Shown here: positions 1 to 10,101 of the stretch, in pieces | Position numbering within the stretch: position 1 is the stretch's first letter | Layout: the number at the start of each line of letters is the position of its first letter | Assembly: GCA_964484005.1 (NCBI GenBank) | Contig: CAZADR010000001.1 | Span: 43,927-107,926 of the forward strand | Reading direction: 5' to 3' | Length of the DNA stretch: 64,000 nucleotides | Source of the DNA: an uncultured Candidatus Saccharibacteria bacterium | GTDB lineage: Bacteria; Patescibacteriota; Minisyncoccia; Phycocordibacterales; UBA9973 | Made by a program: the position numbers and the translations under genes | The notes under the pieces: generated by a model | The model's database searches: none | The model's input: only the letters and a program-made list of their open reading frames with translations | Told to the model about the DNA's origin: nothing

Positions 1-334
1 GCAACAAACTCTGAGTACACCAGTTGTAGATTTTGAAATAATATTTAAAAAATTAGGTGAAATTGTCAAAAAGTATGAGAGCTTGAAACAAGATTTAATG
101 TTTGAAGCAGAAGTATTTTATGTAAATAATGAAAATTTAGAAAAAAGTGTAAAAGAAATGTTCTTAAACCTTGAAGAGGAAAATATCAATGAAGAATTAA
201 GCAGAAAGATGCTTCAGTTGAAACAAACCTCTGATGAAGAACAAGGGAAAAATATTTTACAAGAAATAAATGAATTAAATAAAAAGAAAGAAGATATTAA
301 AAATGGTCGTTTAAGTAATAGCGCCGCGCTTTAA
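1..334 (+). CDS. C-terminal fragment of an upstream gene running off the window edge, most likely the DNA primase DnaG C-terminal helical domain
   Basis: The frame is open from the window edge to the stop at 332-334. The product is a helical, charged low-complexity tail. Position directly upstream of rpoD matches the conserved dnaG-rpoD synteny. There is no catalytic motif in view, so the identity is an inference. Confidence 0.35.
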   Translation, partial: QQTLSTPVVDFEIIFKKLGEIVKKYESLKQDLMFEAEVFYVNNENLEKSVKEMFLNLEEENINEELSRKMLQLKQTSDEEQGKNILQEINELNKKKEDIKNGRLSNSAAL

Positions 335-358
335 TGGACGATTGCGCGGCATGATTTC

Positions 359-1603
359 GTGAAATCAAAATATATGAAAAAGAAAACAAAAAACAAAAAA
401 ATAATAAAGAAAAACAAGGCTATTAAAAAAGTTAAGAAAGTTGTTAAAAAGATTAAAAAAGTTGTAAAGAAAGTAAAAAAAGTAGAGAAGAAAGTTGTTA
501 AAAAAGAAAAAATTAAAAAGTTGACCTCTACTGAAAAGAAGGCTGAATCTTTGGCTCATTTGGCAAATATTTTGATAGAAAAAGGCAGAAAGAGAGGTTT
601 TATAACTTATGATGAGATATTAAAAACTTTTCCAGACATAGAGAATAATATTTTATTTTTAGATGAACTTTATGATAAGTTTTCTGTTGCAGGGATAGAT
701 GTGCTCGAAGGCGGGAACTTGCTCAATTTGGATCTTGATGTTAATGATAAAGATTTAAACAAGGGTAGTATGCATGATTCTATTCAGATGTATTTGAAAG
801 AAATTGGGCAGTATCCTCTTATTCACGCAGGGGATGAAAAGGATCTAGCAAAGCGCATAGAACATGGAGACCTAGAAGCCAAGAATCTATTAGCTAGAGC
901 CAATTTGCGTTTGGTGGTTTCTATCGCTAAAAAATATGTAGGAAGAAGTGCAAATCTTACCTTACTTGATTTGATTCAAGAGGGAAATCTCGGTTTATTT
1001 AAAGCAGTTGAAAAGTTTGATTGGACCAAGGGATATAAGTTTTCTACTTATGCTACATGGTGGATTCGCCAATCTATCACTCGTGCACTCGCTGACCAAT
1101 CTAGAACGATTCGTATTCCAGTGCACATGGTAGAAACTATTTCAAAATATAAACAAACTCATCGTAGATTGAGCCAGGACCTAGGCAGGGAACCACTAGC
1201 AGAAGAAATTGCCACTGAGATGGGTATTCCAGTTGAAAAGATTCATGTTATTGAAAATATCAGTCAAGAAACTATTTCCCTAGAACAACCAGTAGGGGAT
1301 GATGATGATAAGTCAACTTTAGAAAACTTTATTCCAGATGATAAAATATTGCGCCCAGACCAAGAATCCTCTAGGAGAATTCTTTCTGATCAAATTCGTG
1401 AAGTTTTGGATGAATTAAATCCAAAAGAACGAAAGATTTTAGAGATGCGCTATGGACTACTAGATGGCATACAGCACACACTAGAGAGAGTAGGGGAAGA
1501 GTTTGGTGTGACCCGAGAACGTATTCGACAAATCGAAGCTAAGGTGCACGAAAAACTTCGCCAGCATGAAAAGATTTCAAGGTTGAAAAATTACTTTGAT
1601 TAA
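359..1603 (+). CDS. rpoD: RNA polymerase sigma-70 factor RpoD/SigA with a lysine-rich (KKVVKK)n N-terminal extension
   Basis: Region 2 core [11 protein letters not shown]...[13 protein letters not shown]...[16 protein letters not shown] is present. Region 4 EMRYGL...[20 protein letters not shown] is present. The N-terminus is a K-rich repeat tail. Confidence 0.95.
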   Translation: MKSKYMKKKTKNKKIIKKNKAIKKVKKVVKKIKKVVKKVKKVEKKVVKKEKIKKLTSTEKKAESLAHLANILIEKGRKRGFITYDEILKTFPDIENNILFLDELYDKFSVAGIDVLEGGNLLNLDLDVNDKDLNKGSMHDSIQMYLKEIGQYPLIHAGDEKDLAKRIEHGDLEAKNLLARANLRLVVSIAKKYVGRSANLTLLDLIQEGNLGLFKAVEKFDWTKGYKFSTYATWWIRQSITRALADQSRTIRIPVHMVETISKYKQTHRRLSQDLGREPLAEEIATEMGIPVEKIHVIENISQETISLEQPVGDDDDKSTLENFIPDDKILRPDQESSRRILSDQIREVLDELNPKERKILEMRYGLLDGIQHTLERVGEEFGVTRERIRQIEAKVHEKLRQHEKISRLKNYFD

Positions 1604-1610
1604 ACAAAAA

Positions 1611-1640
1611 ATCCTCCGATAAAACGGAGGATTTTTATTA
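1611..1640. terminator. Bidirectional rho-independent terminator between rpoD (+) and the dsbA-like gene (-)
   Basis: Hairpin atcctccg-ataaaa-cggaggat followed by ttttatt on the plus strand. An A/T run lies on the other side too. Confidence 0.6.
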
Positions 1641-1651
1641 CTGAGAATTTT

Positions 1652-2383
1652 TTATTTTAATGCGGCGTCGAGTTTTTGTTTTACAGCAGAAGCAGGTTCA
1701 GCTCCTTCAATGGTATTTACTACTTTTCCATTCTTTAGAATAAAGCCTTTTGGAGTTCCAGTGACTCCTGCAGTGTTGGCTTCGTTTTTTGAATCCAATA
1801 CAGCTTGTTCATACTTGTTTTCATCTAAACATTTATCAAAGGACACTGTGTCTAGTCCTAGTGTTTTAGCGAAAGATTTTAGATTTACATCAGAAAAACC
1901 ACCTTCGTTTTCTCCATCTTGGTGAGCGTAAAGATAATCATGGTATTCCCAAAACTTCCCTTGGTCTTCAGCACATCTTGCCCCCTCAGATGCTTGAAAA
2001 GATTCTGGCCCTAGGAATGGAAAATCTCGATAAACAAATTGGACTGTACCATTGTTTACATATTCCATAACTGTAGGCATAAATGGGTCCCAGTTAGGAT
2101 CTCTTTGTTTTAGTGCTTGGATTAAAGAAGAATCAGCTCCCAGTTGTCCTGAGACTGCTCCACAGAAAGGACATTGAAAATCTTCATATAAAACAACAGT
2201 TACTTTTGCTTTTTCACTTCCCAAGGTTCTATCTTCTTTACTTACTGGAGATAGTGCCGTAATGGCGACCTTGTCACCGTTGTTTTGAGTAGGCGCAGAG
2301 CTACCTTTTAATAAAACTGCTCCAGCTATGAGTACTCCTGCTATTATGATTGCTCCTGCTATTGATTTTTGATCGTTTTGCAT
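1652..2383 (-). CDS. DsbA-family thiol-disulfide oxidoreductase (thioredoxin fold) with an N-terminal membrane anchor
   Basis: CPFC active-site motif within YEDFQCPFCGAV. There is an N-terminal transmembrane helix, and the length fits DsbA/BdbD-like proteins. Confidence 0.75.
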   Translation of the reverse strand: MQNDQKSIAGAIIIAGVLIAGAVLLKGSSAPTQNNGDKVAITALSPVSKEDRTLGSEKAKVTVVLYEDFQCPFCGAVSGQLGADSSLIQALKQRDPNWDPFMPTVMEYVNNGTVQFVYRDFPFLGPESFQASEGARCAEDQGKFWEYHDYLYAHQDGENEGGFSDVNLKSFAKTLGLDTVSFDKCLDENKYEQAVLDSKNEANTAGVTGTPKGFILKNGKVVNTIEGAEPASAVKQKLDAALK

Positions 2384-2509
2384 ATTATTTTTATATATTT
2401 TGTAATATGCTATTGTAGCATGTTTTTGAAATATGATATAATAAAGTTATTAAACAAAAGGTCTTTTATTAATTAATTTGCTTCGACTGAGGTTGGAGCT
2501 AAAAAAAAT

Positions 2510-2788
2510 ATGTGTAATGGAAAATGGGGAGGGTGTCTTTGTCACAAGATTTGTGCAGTTCTTTTGGTGGTTGGAGGATTAAACTGGGGTTTGGTAGGGT
2601 TGGGAATGTTGATTGGCAATGATTTAAATGTCGTAAACATGCTCCTTGGAGCTTGGCCTAAGATTGAAGCAATAGTTTACTTATTGGTAGGTGTTGCTGC
2701 AATCATGAATGTATTTCACTGCAAATGCAAGAAGTGCATGGAAACATGTGGTTCTTGTGGTGTTGAAAACATGGAAAATAAGATGTAA
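2510..2788 (+). CDS. DUF378-family small membrane protein with a Cys-rich C-terminal tail
   Basis: GLNWGLVG motif and two transmembrane segments are typical of DUF378. The C-terminus HCKCKKCMETCGSCG is a metal-binding-like cluster. Confidence 0.65.
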   Translation: MCNGKWGGCLCHKICAVLLVVGGLNWGLVGLGMLIGNDLNVVNMLLGAWPKIEAIVYLLVGVAAIMNVFHCKCKKCMETCGSCGVENMENKM

Positions 2789-2806
2789 TTATGTTTTTAA
2801 AATAAA

Positions 2807-2838
2807 AAGCCCCCACCAGCTGGTGGGGGCTTTTTATT
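2807..2838 (+). terminator. Rho-independent terminator
   Basis: Hairpin gcccccaccagctggtgggggc followed by tttttattt. Confidence 0.6.
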
Positions 2839-2877
2839 TACTTTTAGGGCTTAAAATGCTATAATAAAAGGGAGTTT

Positions 2878-4122
2878 ATGACATCAACTTTTGATTTTAT
2901 ATTATATATATTACTTTTTCTGTCTGTTTACGTGCAGGTCTTTTTTTTCGTTACTTTCTTGGAAAATAGGGGAAAAATAGTTATCAGAAAAGGAAAAATC
3001 AACTTGGGGTCTTATCCAGCAGTGACTATTACTGTACCTTGCTGGAATGAAGAAAAAACAGTTTTTAAGACAGTGCAGTCTATTTTGAGTCTAAATTACC
3101 CTAAAGATAAGTTGAATATATTTCTTATAGATGACGGCTCTACTGACAACACCTGGAATGAAATAAAAAAATTTGAAGGATATTCTAATATCAAAATTTT
3201 TCAAAAGAAAAACGGGGGAAAACACACTGCTCTTAATTTTGCCCTAGAAAATACTAAAACAGATTTCTTTGGTTGCTTGGATGCAGATTCTTTTGTGGAC
3301 CAAGAGGCCCTTGTCCGTTTGATGAGTTATTTTGAAAAAGATCCTTCTGTTATGGCTGTGGCTCCTTCTGTGACAGTAGATAGTCCTAAAAACATAGTCC
3401 AGATTGCGCAAAAAGCAGAATACAATATGGGTGTTTATTTTAAGAAAATGCTTGGTTTTTTGGGTGCTATAAATGTGACTCCAGGCCCGCTCACTATTTT
3501 TAGAAAAAAAGTTTTTGATGATTTGGGACCTTATCGTCACGGACACAATACCGAAGACATGGAAATAGCCTATAGGATGCAAAAAAATAATTACAAAATA
3601 GAGCACTGTAATGATGCATATGTTTATACTAATACACCCCTAACCATAGGTAAGCTTTACAAGCAAAGAGTGCGTTGGATTTACGGTTTTATAAACAATA
3701 CTTTTGATTATAGAAATGTTTTATTTAAAAAGGAATATGGCAATTTTGCTCTTTTTACCTTACCGATGGGATTTATTTCAATTGTTTCTGTGGGGTATCT
3801 TTTTGGTAGGGTAGCTTATAATTTAGCAGATTTCATTTATTCAAAATTTGTAGTTTTTAATACCGTTGGTTTTAGCTTTAATTTTAAAAAAATAAGCTTT
3901 GATCCATTTTTTATTAATACCCAAGCTGTATTTTTTCTAGTAATCGTTATTTACGCCCTGGTTTTCTTTGCTATAATTTTTGGTAGAAAAATGACTGAAG
4001 AAAAGAAGTCTTTTTCTTTAGATATTCTTTATTTTTTCCCTGTCTTTAGCCTGGTTGCGCCCTTTTGGCTTTTAAAAGCTGTTATAAATACTGTATTATC
4101 AAAAAAACCATCTTGGAGATAA
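2878..4122 (+). CDS. Processive family-2 glycosyltransferase, membrane-integrated (PgaC/IcaA/NodC/cellulose-synthase-like)
   Basis: Motifs present: VTITVPCWNEE, DDGSTDNT, DADSF, a TED-like segment, and Q(R)VRW (QRVRWIYG). There are multiple C-terminal transmembrane helices. Confidence 0.8.
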   Translation: MTSTFDFILYILLFLSVYVQVFFFVTFLENRGKIVIRKGKINLGSYPAVTITVPCWNEEKTVFKTVQSILSLNYPKDKLNIFLIDDGSTDNTWNEIKKFEGYSNIKIFQKKNGGKHTALNFALENTKTDFFGCLDADSFVDQEALVRLMSYFEKDPSVMAVAPSVTVDSPKNIVQIAQKAEYNMGVYFKKMLGFLGAINVTPGPLTIFRKKVFDDLGPYRHGHNTEDMEIAYRMQKNNYKIEHCNDAYVYTNTPLTIGKLYKQRVRWIYGFINNTFDYRNVLFKKEYGNFALFTLPMGFISIVSVGYLFGRVAYNLADFIYSKFVVFNTVGFSFNFKKISFDPFFINTQAVFFLVIVIYALVFFAIIFGRKMTEEKKSFSLDILYFFPVFSLVAPFWLLKAVINTVLSKKPSWR

Positions 4123-4125
4123 ATT

Positions 4126-4809
4126 ATGAATAATAATATTGATTGGAAAAAATATTTAATAGTGTTTCTGATTACAGTGGGACTATTTTTTACTGCGAGT
4201 TATTTAAGTGATTATTTTGTTAATAAAAAGATTAATCAGTTAAAAAATATTCAAGATCAGATAGCTATAGATATCCTCTCTTCAGAAACTCAATTTTCTT
4301 TACTTTCAGAACTTTCCTGTAAAAATATTTCTGATTCCGTTTATTCTCCAGAACTAGAAGAGCTCGGCAACAAGCTAGAATGGAGCCAGAACAACTTGAG
4401 TGTTACTGAAGAAATATCTAACTTAAAAAAGTATTATGCCTTGTTGCAGATTAAAGATTATTTAATGGCGAAAAAAATATCTGCTCGTTGTGGAACAAAA
4501 TCAGCTTTTATTCTTTATTTTTATACTACAGCAGAGAATTGCAGTTTGTGTGAAGAAGAGGGAATAGTATTGTCTTCTCTGAAGACTAAGTATCCAGAGC
4601 TTCGAGTATATTCTTTTGACTACAGTACCGATCTCTCTGCGGTAACCTCTATGCTTCAGATATATAAAATAAAAGATACTGCTCTTCCAGCTTTGGTGAT
4701 AGACGACAGTGTATTTTCTGGGTTTCAGACCTTGGAAAATCTCGAAGTTTATATAAAAGGAGCATTTAAATTAGAGGAAACAAACCCTGAAACTGAGCCT
4801 CAAAATTAA
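4126..4809 (+). CDS. Hypothetical membrane-anchored protein translationally coupled to the GT2 synthase
   Basis: The start lies 4 nt after the GT2 stop. There is an N-terminal transmembrane helix and a CxxC pair (ENCSLCEEEG). No recognised family. Confidence 0.45.
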   Translation: MNNNIDWKKYLIVFLITVGLFFTASYLSDYFVNKKINQLKNIQDQIAIDILSSETQFSLLSELSCKNISDSVYSPELEELGNKLEWSQNNLSVTEEISNLKKYYALLQIKDYLMAKKISARCGTKSAFILYFYTTAENCSLCEEEGIVLSSLKTKYPELRVYSFDYSTDLSAVTSMLQIYKIKDTALPALVIDDSVFSGFQTLENLEVYIKGAFKLEETNPETEPQN

Positions 4810-4823
4810 ATTAGTTTTTTATC

Positions 4824-4898
4824 TGAGCCGCCTCTCGGATTCGAACCGAGGACCTTCGCTTTACAAAAGCGTTGCTCTACCAACTGAGCTAAGGCGGC
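4824..4898 (-). tRNA. tRNA-Thr (anticodon UGU)
   Basis: The reverse complement reads GCCGCCTTAGCTCAGTTGGTAGAGCAACGCTTTTGTAAAGCG...GGTTCGAATCC...GGCGGCTCA. The cloverleaf is derivable and the anticodon loop is TTTGTAA. Confidence 0.85.
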
Positions 4899-4972
4899 AT
4901 TATTTATTTATCTAAACACAATACCATCTTTATTGCATTCTACCAAAACAGCTAAGGCGGCATTATTTATTT
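4888..4972. repeat. Two perfect 22-bp direct repeats (gctaaggcggcattatttattt) 63 bp apart; the first copy includes the 5' end of tRNA-Thr
   Basis: Exact duplication at 4888-4909 and 4951-4972. Confidence 0.7.
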
Positions 4973-4981
4973 TTTCAAAAA

Positions 4982-5392
4982 CTACAAATTTTCTTCTTCC
5001 TCTTCTTTTACCATCTCTTTTATTTTTTTTACTTTACTTTTGTATTCTGAAACCATTTTTAGAAACTTACTGACTTCTCTTTTTGTTTCATTTTCAACAA
5101 CATTCTTTTTATTGTATGTGTTCTTTATTTTAAACTTCAATTCTTCGTATTTATTCTTTAAGACATTGTTTATTCTGAAGTATATCCTTATTGATCCTAC
5201 TAAACCTGCATACCCGTATTTTTTAAAGTTCTTAACAGTTGAATGTTTCCATTCGTCAAAAAAATGATGGGGGATAAAGGTGTCCTCTGTTTGGTTTAAA
5301 ATTACCCCATTTTGGATTAAGAAGAACTTTCTTCCTATCATAAATGTGATTCCAGAGAGAGATACAAAAAATAAAATTAAAAGTATGTACAT
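4982..5392 (-). CDS. Hypothetical membrane protein with a K/E-rich C-terminus
   Basis: ORF with one N-terminal transmembrane helix. No motif recognised. Confidence 0.35.
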   Translation of the reverse strand: MYILLILFFVSLSGITFMIGRKFFLIQNGVILNQTEDTFIPHHFFDEWKHSTVKNFKKYGYAGLVGSIRIYFRINNVLKNKYEELKFKIKNTYNKKNVVENETKREVSKFLKMVSEYKSKVKKIKEMVKEEEEENL

Positions 5393-5425
5393 ATTTAGTC
5401 AAACCATATTCTCTATGGTTGATTG

Positions 5426-6205
5426 TTATATTGAATAACGCTTTACTTCCTTTATCTTTGCTCCATTTTTCTCCAACAACTTACCGACTGTCAACTCTCC
5501 GTCTTTTATGAAAACTTGATCCAAAAGGGTCTTTTCTTTGAAATAAGTATTCATTTTCCCGACAAGCATTTTTTCTTTTATATCTGCGGGTTTGTCTATT
5601 TCTGCTATTTCTTTTTCAAAGATTTCCTTCATTGTTTTCTTGGCCTCTTCACTTACTTCAGCCTCTGTGATGTATTCAGGCTTCATGGCTGCTACGTGCA
5701 TAGCAATATCTTTTGCTAGTTCAGCATTGCCTCCCTCTAAACTCACAATAATCCCAATTTTATTATTGTGTACATAATTTCCTAAAACATTGCCAGAAAC
5801 CTCAAAAGATTCACCGAGCTGTATATTTTCACCGGTTTTTTGGATTACTCCGTCAATCATTTCTTTTGCTTCTGTTTTCATTTTTTCTAGGCCGTCAGCA
5901 AAAGCTTTTTCTGTTAATTTTGATAGGAGATTGGTGAAGTCTTCATTTTTGGCGACAAAGTCAGTCTCGCAAAGTAGACCCACTAATAAAGTTTTGTTGT
6001 CTCCGTTTTTTATCATTAATGCACCGCTATTTAAAGATCTATCAGCTTTTTTAAGAGCGATATCTGAGCTTGTTTTCTTTAGGATTGCCAATGCTTTTTT
6101 CATGTCTCCTTCGGCTTCTTCTAGGGCACGCTTGCATTGCATCACAGAAATGCCGGTTGAATCGCGGAGCTCTTTTATTTGCTCTGTGGTGATTTGATTA
6201 GTCAT
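5426..6205 (-). CDS. tsf: Elongation factor Ts
   Basis: The N-terminal UBA-like segment ITTEQIKELRDSTGISVMQCKRALEEAEGDMKKAL is diagnostic. The gene is downstream of rpsB as in the conserved operon. Confidence 0.9.
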   Translation of the reverse strand: MTNQITTEQIKELRDSTGISVMQCKRALEEAEGDMKKALAILKKTSSDIALKKADRSLNSGALMIKNGDNKTLLVGLLCETDFVAKNEDFTNLLSKLTEKAFADGLEKMKTEAKEMIDGVIQKTGENIQLGESFEVSGNVLGNYVHNNKIGIIVSLEGGNAELAKDIAMHVAAMKPEYITEAEVSEEAKKTMKEIFEKEIAEIDKPADIKEKMLVGKMNTYFKEKTLLDQVFIKDGELTVGKLLEKNGAKIKEVKRYSI

Positions 6206-6211
6206 ATTGTT

Positions 6212-6937
6212 TTAAGACTTCTTTTCAGGTACGGACATTTGTCCTTCCTTATAAGAGGTTCCGATAGCTGTTGTAAAAAATTTAATTGAAGGAATTGCTC
6301 CATCATTTGCGACGATAGGGTAGTCGAGGCCTTTGATATTTGAGTCTGAGTTTACAAGAGCTATTACTGGTATGCCAGACTTTCTAGCCTCAGTAGCTGC
6401 TATGTGTTCGCTCTTTGCATCAATTATAAACAAAGCATCTGGAGCTTTTTTCAAACCAAGTAAACCAGTATAGTATCTGGCAAGTTTTTCCATTTTCTTT
6501 GCCATTACTACTCGCTCCTTTTTGGTATATTTGTTTAATCCTCCACCTACGCTATCTTTTTGATAGTTTTCTAGTTCAATAATTCTTTTTTTAATTTCGG
6601 TAAAATTGGAAAGAGTTCCTCCAATCCATCTTTCTGTTACATAAGGCATATTTAGAGATTCTGCGACATCTTTGACCGCTACCTTGGCCTCAGGCTTTGT
6701 GCCAACAAAAAGAACGGTTTTGTTTTGGGCTCCCAAATTTTTGATAAAAAGGGTAGCTTCATCTAAAAGAATGCTTGTTTTTTCAAGGTTTATGATGTCT
6801 CCCTTGTTCTTGGTGGTGTATATAAATGAAAAAACAGAAGGGTGTCTTCTGGTCTTGCTGTAGCCATAATGGGCCCCAGCCTTGAACATTTTTTCTACTA
6901 TTGTGCCCGCCTCTATCTTTAATTCAGCTTTTTGCAT
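6212..6937 (-). CDS. rpsB: 30S ribosomal protein S2 (start moved to an internal Met; the longest ORF would overlap the divergent proS start)
   Basis: S2 signature segments FKAGAHYGYSKTRRHP, LFVGTKPEA, ERWIGGTLSNF and ALFIIDAKSEHIA. Confidence 0.9.
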   Translation of the reverse strand: MQKAELKIEAGTIVEKMFKAGAHYGYSKTRRHPSVFSFIYTTKNKGDIINLEKTSILLDEATLFIKNLGAQNKTVLFVGTKPEAKVAVKDVAESLNMPYVTERWIGGTLSNFTEIKKRIIELENYQKDSVGGGLNKYTKKERVVMAKKMEKLARYYTGLLGLKKAPDALFIIDAKSEHIAATEARKSGIPVIALVNSDSNIKGLDYPIVANDGAIPSIKFFTTAIGTSYKEGQMSVPEKKS

Positions 6938-7012
6938 ATGCATCAATATAGCAGAAAGGGTATAGTTTTGCAACTTTGACCAAAGGGTTTTTTTCGGGTA
7001 AGATGGCAATAT

Positions 7013-8272
7013 ATGAGACAATCAAAACTTTTTACTAAAACAAGGAAAGAGATACCAGCAGACGAGACGTCCAAGAATGCAGAGTTCCTTATTCGAGCTG
7101 GTTTTATACACAAGGAGATGGCTGGGGTATATAGCTATTTGCCGTTGGGTTTGAGGGTCATAAAGAAAATCGAAAACATAATAAGGGAAGAAATGAATGC
7201 TATCGGAGGCATAGAAATGAAAACAGCAGCTTTTCAAAGTAAAGAAGTATGGGAAAAGTCTAATCGTTGGGATGATGAAGTGGTAGATGTATGGTTTAAA
7301 ACAAAATTAAAAAATGGCGGAGAGATAGGTTTGTCGTTTACCAACGAGGAAGCATATTCAAATATTTTAAAACAATATATAAGTTCTTATAAAGATTTAC
7401 CAATTTACCCATACGATTTTAAAGATATTTTTAGAAACGAGGCAAGGAGCAAATCTGGGATAATGAGAGGAAGAGAGTTTTATTGGAAAGCCATGTACTC
7501 TTTTTCTAAAGATGAAAATGAACACAATGATTTTTACGAAAAATCAAAAATAGCTTATAGTAATATTTTTAAGCGTGCAGGAATTGGTCATATAACTTAT
7601 ATTACTTTTGCTTCTGGTGGAAGTTTTTCAAAGTTTTCTCATGAATTTCAGACCATAACTTCAGTCGGAGAAGATACTATTTATTTAGATGAAAGTACGG
7701 GCTTAGCTATAAACAAAGAAGTTTTAAACGATGAAGTTTTAGAGTCATTAAATATTAAAAGAGAAAACTTAGTTGAGCAAAAAGCTGTGGAAGTAGGAAA
7801 CATCTTTTCGCTTGGAACAAAGTTTTCTGAGCCTTTTGATTTGAAATATAAAAATGAAAATGGTGAAGAAAAATTAGTGATAATGGGTAGCTATGGTATA
7901 GGCCTTAGTCGGCTCATGGGAACAATAGTAGAAGCTTTGTCTGACGACAAAGGAATCATTTGGCCAGAAACAGTCGCTCCTTTTAAAGTACACTTATTGG
8001 CTTTAGGAGATAGTGAAAAAGTAAAAGAAGAAGCCAAAAAAATGTATCTTGAGTTTGATAAAAAAAATATAGAAGTTCTTTTTGATGATAGGGTGGAAAT
8101 GTCGGCTGGAGAAAAATTTGCCGATGCTGATTTACTTGGAATGCCGTATCGAGTAGTCGTTTCTGAAAGAAGTATGAAAGAAGGTGGATTTGAAATAAAA
8201 AAAAGAAATGAAGAAAAAGGAAAAGTTGTCTCTCAGGATGAATTATTAACGATACTAAAACCGAAAGCATAA
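7013..8272 (+). CDS. proS: Prolyl-tRNA synthetase, short form lacking an editing insertion
   Basis: N-terminus KLFTKTRKEIPADETSKNAEFLIRAGFIHKEMAGVYSYLPLGLRV matches the ProRS motif-1 region. A C-terminal anticodon-binding-like domain is present. 419 aa. Confidence 0.8.
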   Translation: MRQSKLFTKTRKEIPADETSKNAEFLIRAGFIHKEMAGVYSYLPLGLRVIKKIENIIREEMNAIGGIEMKTAAFQSKEVWEKSNRWDDEVVDVWFKTKLKNGGEIGLSFTNEEAYSNILKQYISSYKDLPIYPYDFKDIFRNEARSKSGIMRGREFYWKAMYSFSKDENEHNDFYEKSKIAYSNIFKRAGIGHITYITFASGGSFSKFSHEFQTITSVGEDTIYLDESTGLAINKEVLNDEVLESLNIKRENLVEQKAVEVGNIFSLGTKFSEPFDLKYKNENGEEKLVIMGSYGIGLSRLMGTIVEALSDDKGIIWPETVAPFKVHLLALGDSEKVKEEAKKMYLEFDKKNIEVLFDDRVEMSAGEKFADADLLGMPYRVVVSERSMKEGGFEIKKRNEEKGKVVSQDELLTILKPKA

Positions 8273-8274
8273 TT

Positions 8275-9321
8275 ATGTTTGATAAATTTTACAAATTAAT
8301 TTCAAATGATATTGGCATAGACCTCGGTACTTCCAACACCTTGGTGTATTTAAAAGGGCATGGCATCGTCATCAACGAGCCTTCTGTGGTTGCAGTAAAC
8401 ATAAAAACAAATCAAGTCTTGGCAGTAGGAACACAGGCAAAAGAAATGCTCGGACGCACTCCAGGGCACATTAGAGCTATCCGTCCTCTTGTCGATGGGG
8501 TTATTTCTGACTTTGAAGTTACCGAAGAAATGCTTTCATATTTAATAAACAAAGCAGACAGAATATCAAAAAAAATAGCTAGACCAAGAGTTTTGATTGG
8601 GGTACCCTCTGGGACGACTAACGTAGAGACTCGGGCTGTCTATGATGCGGCAAGAAATGCAGGAGCTAGGGAAGTATTTTTAATAGAAGAACCAATGGCG
8701 GCTGCAATCGGTGTCAGGCTTCCCATAAAGGACCCAGTCGGTTCTATGATTATAGATATTGGAGGAGGCACCACTGACATTGCAGTTATTTCTTTGGGTG
8801 GAATTGTAAAATCTAAAAATCTAAAAATTGCTGGAGATAAATTGAACAATGACATCATCACTTATATGCGTGATGAATTCAAAATCCTGATCGGTGAGAG
8901 GACTGCAGAGATGGTAAAAATTGCTATTGGTTCTGTGTTGCCAGGAGATTATATGGAAACCGAAGTTCATGGCCGAGATCTTTTGACAGGATTGCCGAGA
9001 GAGGTAGTGGTCACAGACTCAGATATTCGTGAAGCTTTGGCCCTTTCCATAAAAGGTTTAGTGGAAGGAATAAAAGATATGCTGGAAACTACTCCTCCAG
9101 AGATATTGTCTGATATCATGCACAGAGGAATAACTTTGTCAGGAGGAGGGGCTCTCTTGCCAGGACTAGATCAACTTTTACAAAGTGTTCTAAAAATTTC
9201 GGTTTATGTAGTAGAAGATCCTCTTTCGGCTGTAGCTAGGGGGACTGGAGTTATTTTAGATGATTTACCACTTTATAAAGATGTTTTGATTGGGAATCAA
9301 GATGAGTTACCTCCTAGATAA
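8275..9321 (+). CDS. mreB: Rod-shape-determining protein MreB (actin-like ATPase)
   Basis: IGIDLGTSNTLVY phosphate-1 motif, and DIGGGTTDIAV. Confidence 0.92.
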   Translation: MFDKFYKLISNDIGIDLGTSNTLVYLKGHGIVINEPSVVAVNIKTNQVLAVGTQAKEMLGRTPGHIRAIRPLVDGVISDFEVTEEMLSYLINKADRISKKIARPRVLIGVPSGTTNVETRAVYDAARNAGAREVFLIEEPMAAAIGVRLPIKDPVGSMIIDIGGGTTDIAVISLGGIVKSKNLKIAGDKLNNDIITYMRDEFKILIGERTAEMVKIAIGSVLPGDYMETEVHGRDLLTGLPREVVVTDSDIREALALSIKGLVEGIKDMLETTPPEILSDIMHRGITLSGGGALLPGLDQLLQSVLKISVYVVEDPLSAVARGTGVILDDLPLYKDVLIGNQDELPPR

Positions 9322-10093
9322 AAAAATACAAAGAAATAAGTTTTTAAAAATCACAATTTGTGTTATTTTTTTATTTTTCTTGTTTTATTTTAGGTCTGGA
9401 GTTTTTCAATCTTTTTCTTATGTGAGTCAGATTATCTTTCGTCCAGTTTTTTCTTTGGGAAATACTATCAGCTCTAAGTTCAGTAACATTGGCTCTTATT
9501 TTAGTTTTAAAAATTCTCTATATCTTCGAAACGAAGACCTAAAGTCAAAATTAAATGAAAATGAATTGAGAATGGCGAATTATAATATTTTATTAGCAGA
9601 AAATGAAGTTTTAAAAGAAATTTTAGGTAGGAACATAGAAAATAAAAGTTTTTTACTTTCGGCTATTTTATCTAAACCAAATAAAAGTATTTATGACACA
9701 CTGGTTATAGACATAGGAATACTGCAAGGAGTAAGGATAGGTGATTTGGTTTTTGCTTTGGGAGATATACCAATTGGGCGTATTTCAGAAACTTTTCCTA
9801 ATTCTTCAAAAGTTGTTTTGTTTTCGAGCCCTAGAGAAAAAACCCAAGTAATTATAAATGATTCTTTTCTAGAAATTATAGGGAGGGGTGGTGGTAATTT
9901 TGAAATAATTTTACCCCGAGATTTTAAATTAGAAAAAGGAACTCCAGTGTTGATGCCTGGGCTTGGTTCGTATGTGCTCGCAATTGCTGAGACTATAATT
10001 TCTGATCCACGCAATCCTTTTACAGAAGCCCTACTAGTGAGTCCTGTAAATATTCAAGAGTTGAAGTTTGTGCAGATAGAAAATCAGAAGTAA
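9302..10093 (+). CDS. mreC: Rod-shape-determining protein MreC
   Basis: Immediately follows mreB. N-terminal transmembrane helix, a coiled-coil NEDLKSKLNENELRMANYNILLAENEVLKE, and a C-terminal beta domain. Confidence 0.75.
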   Translation: MSYLLDKKIQRNKFLKITICVIFLFFLFYFRSGVFQSFSYVSQIIFRPVFSLGNTISSKFSNIGSYFSFKNSLYLRNEDLKSKLNENELRMANYNILLAENEVLKEILGRNIENKSFLLSAILSKPNKSIYDTLVIDIGILQGVRIGDLVFALGDIPIGRISETFPNSSKVVLFSSPREKTQVIINDSFLEIIGRGGGNFEIILPRDFKLEKGTPVLMPGLGSYVLAIAETIISDPRNPFTEALLVSPVNIQELKFVQIENQK

Positions 10094-10101
10094 GTTTTAA
10101 A

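Noticed and set aside
365-559. Antisense shadow ORFs opposite strong coding regions, with homopolymeric F/L/K-rich translations. Examples: 365-559(-), 1710-1925(+), 3244-3606(-), 5516-6197(+), 13062-13361(-), 14742-14981(-), 15267-15913(-), 34770-35237(+), 55056-55602(-).
   Set aside because: They overlap well-supported genes on the opposite strand and have low-complexity translations with no motifs.
6938-7021. Longest-ORF start of rpsB at 7021
   Set aside because: It would overlap the divergent proS start by 9 nt. S2 homology begins near MQKAELK, so the internal start near 6937 was preferred.
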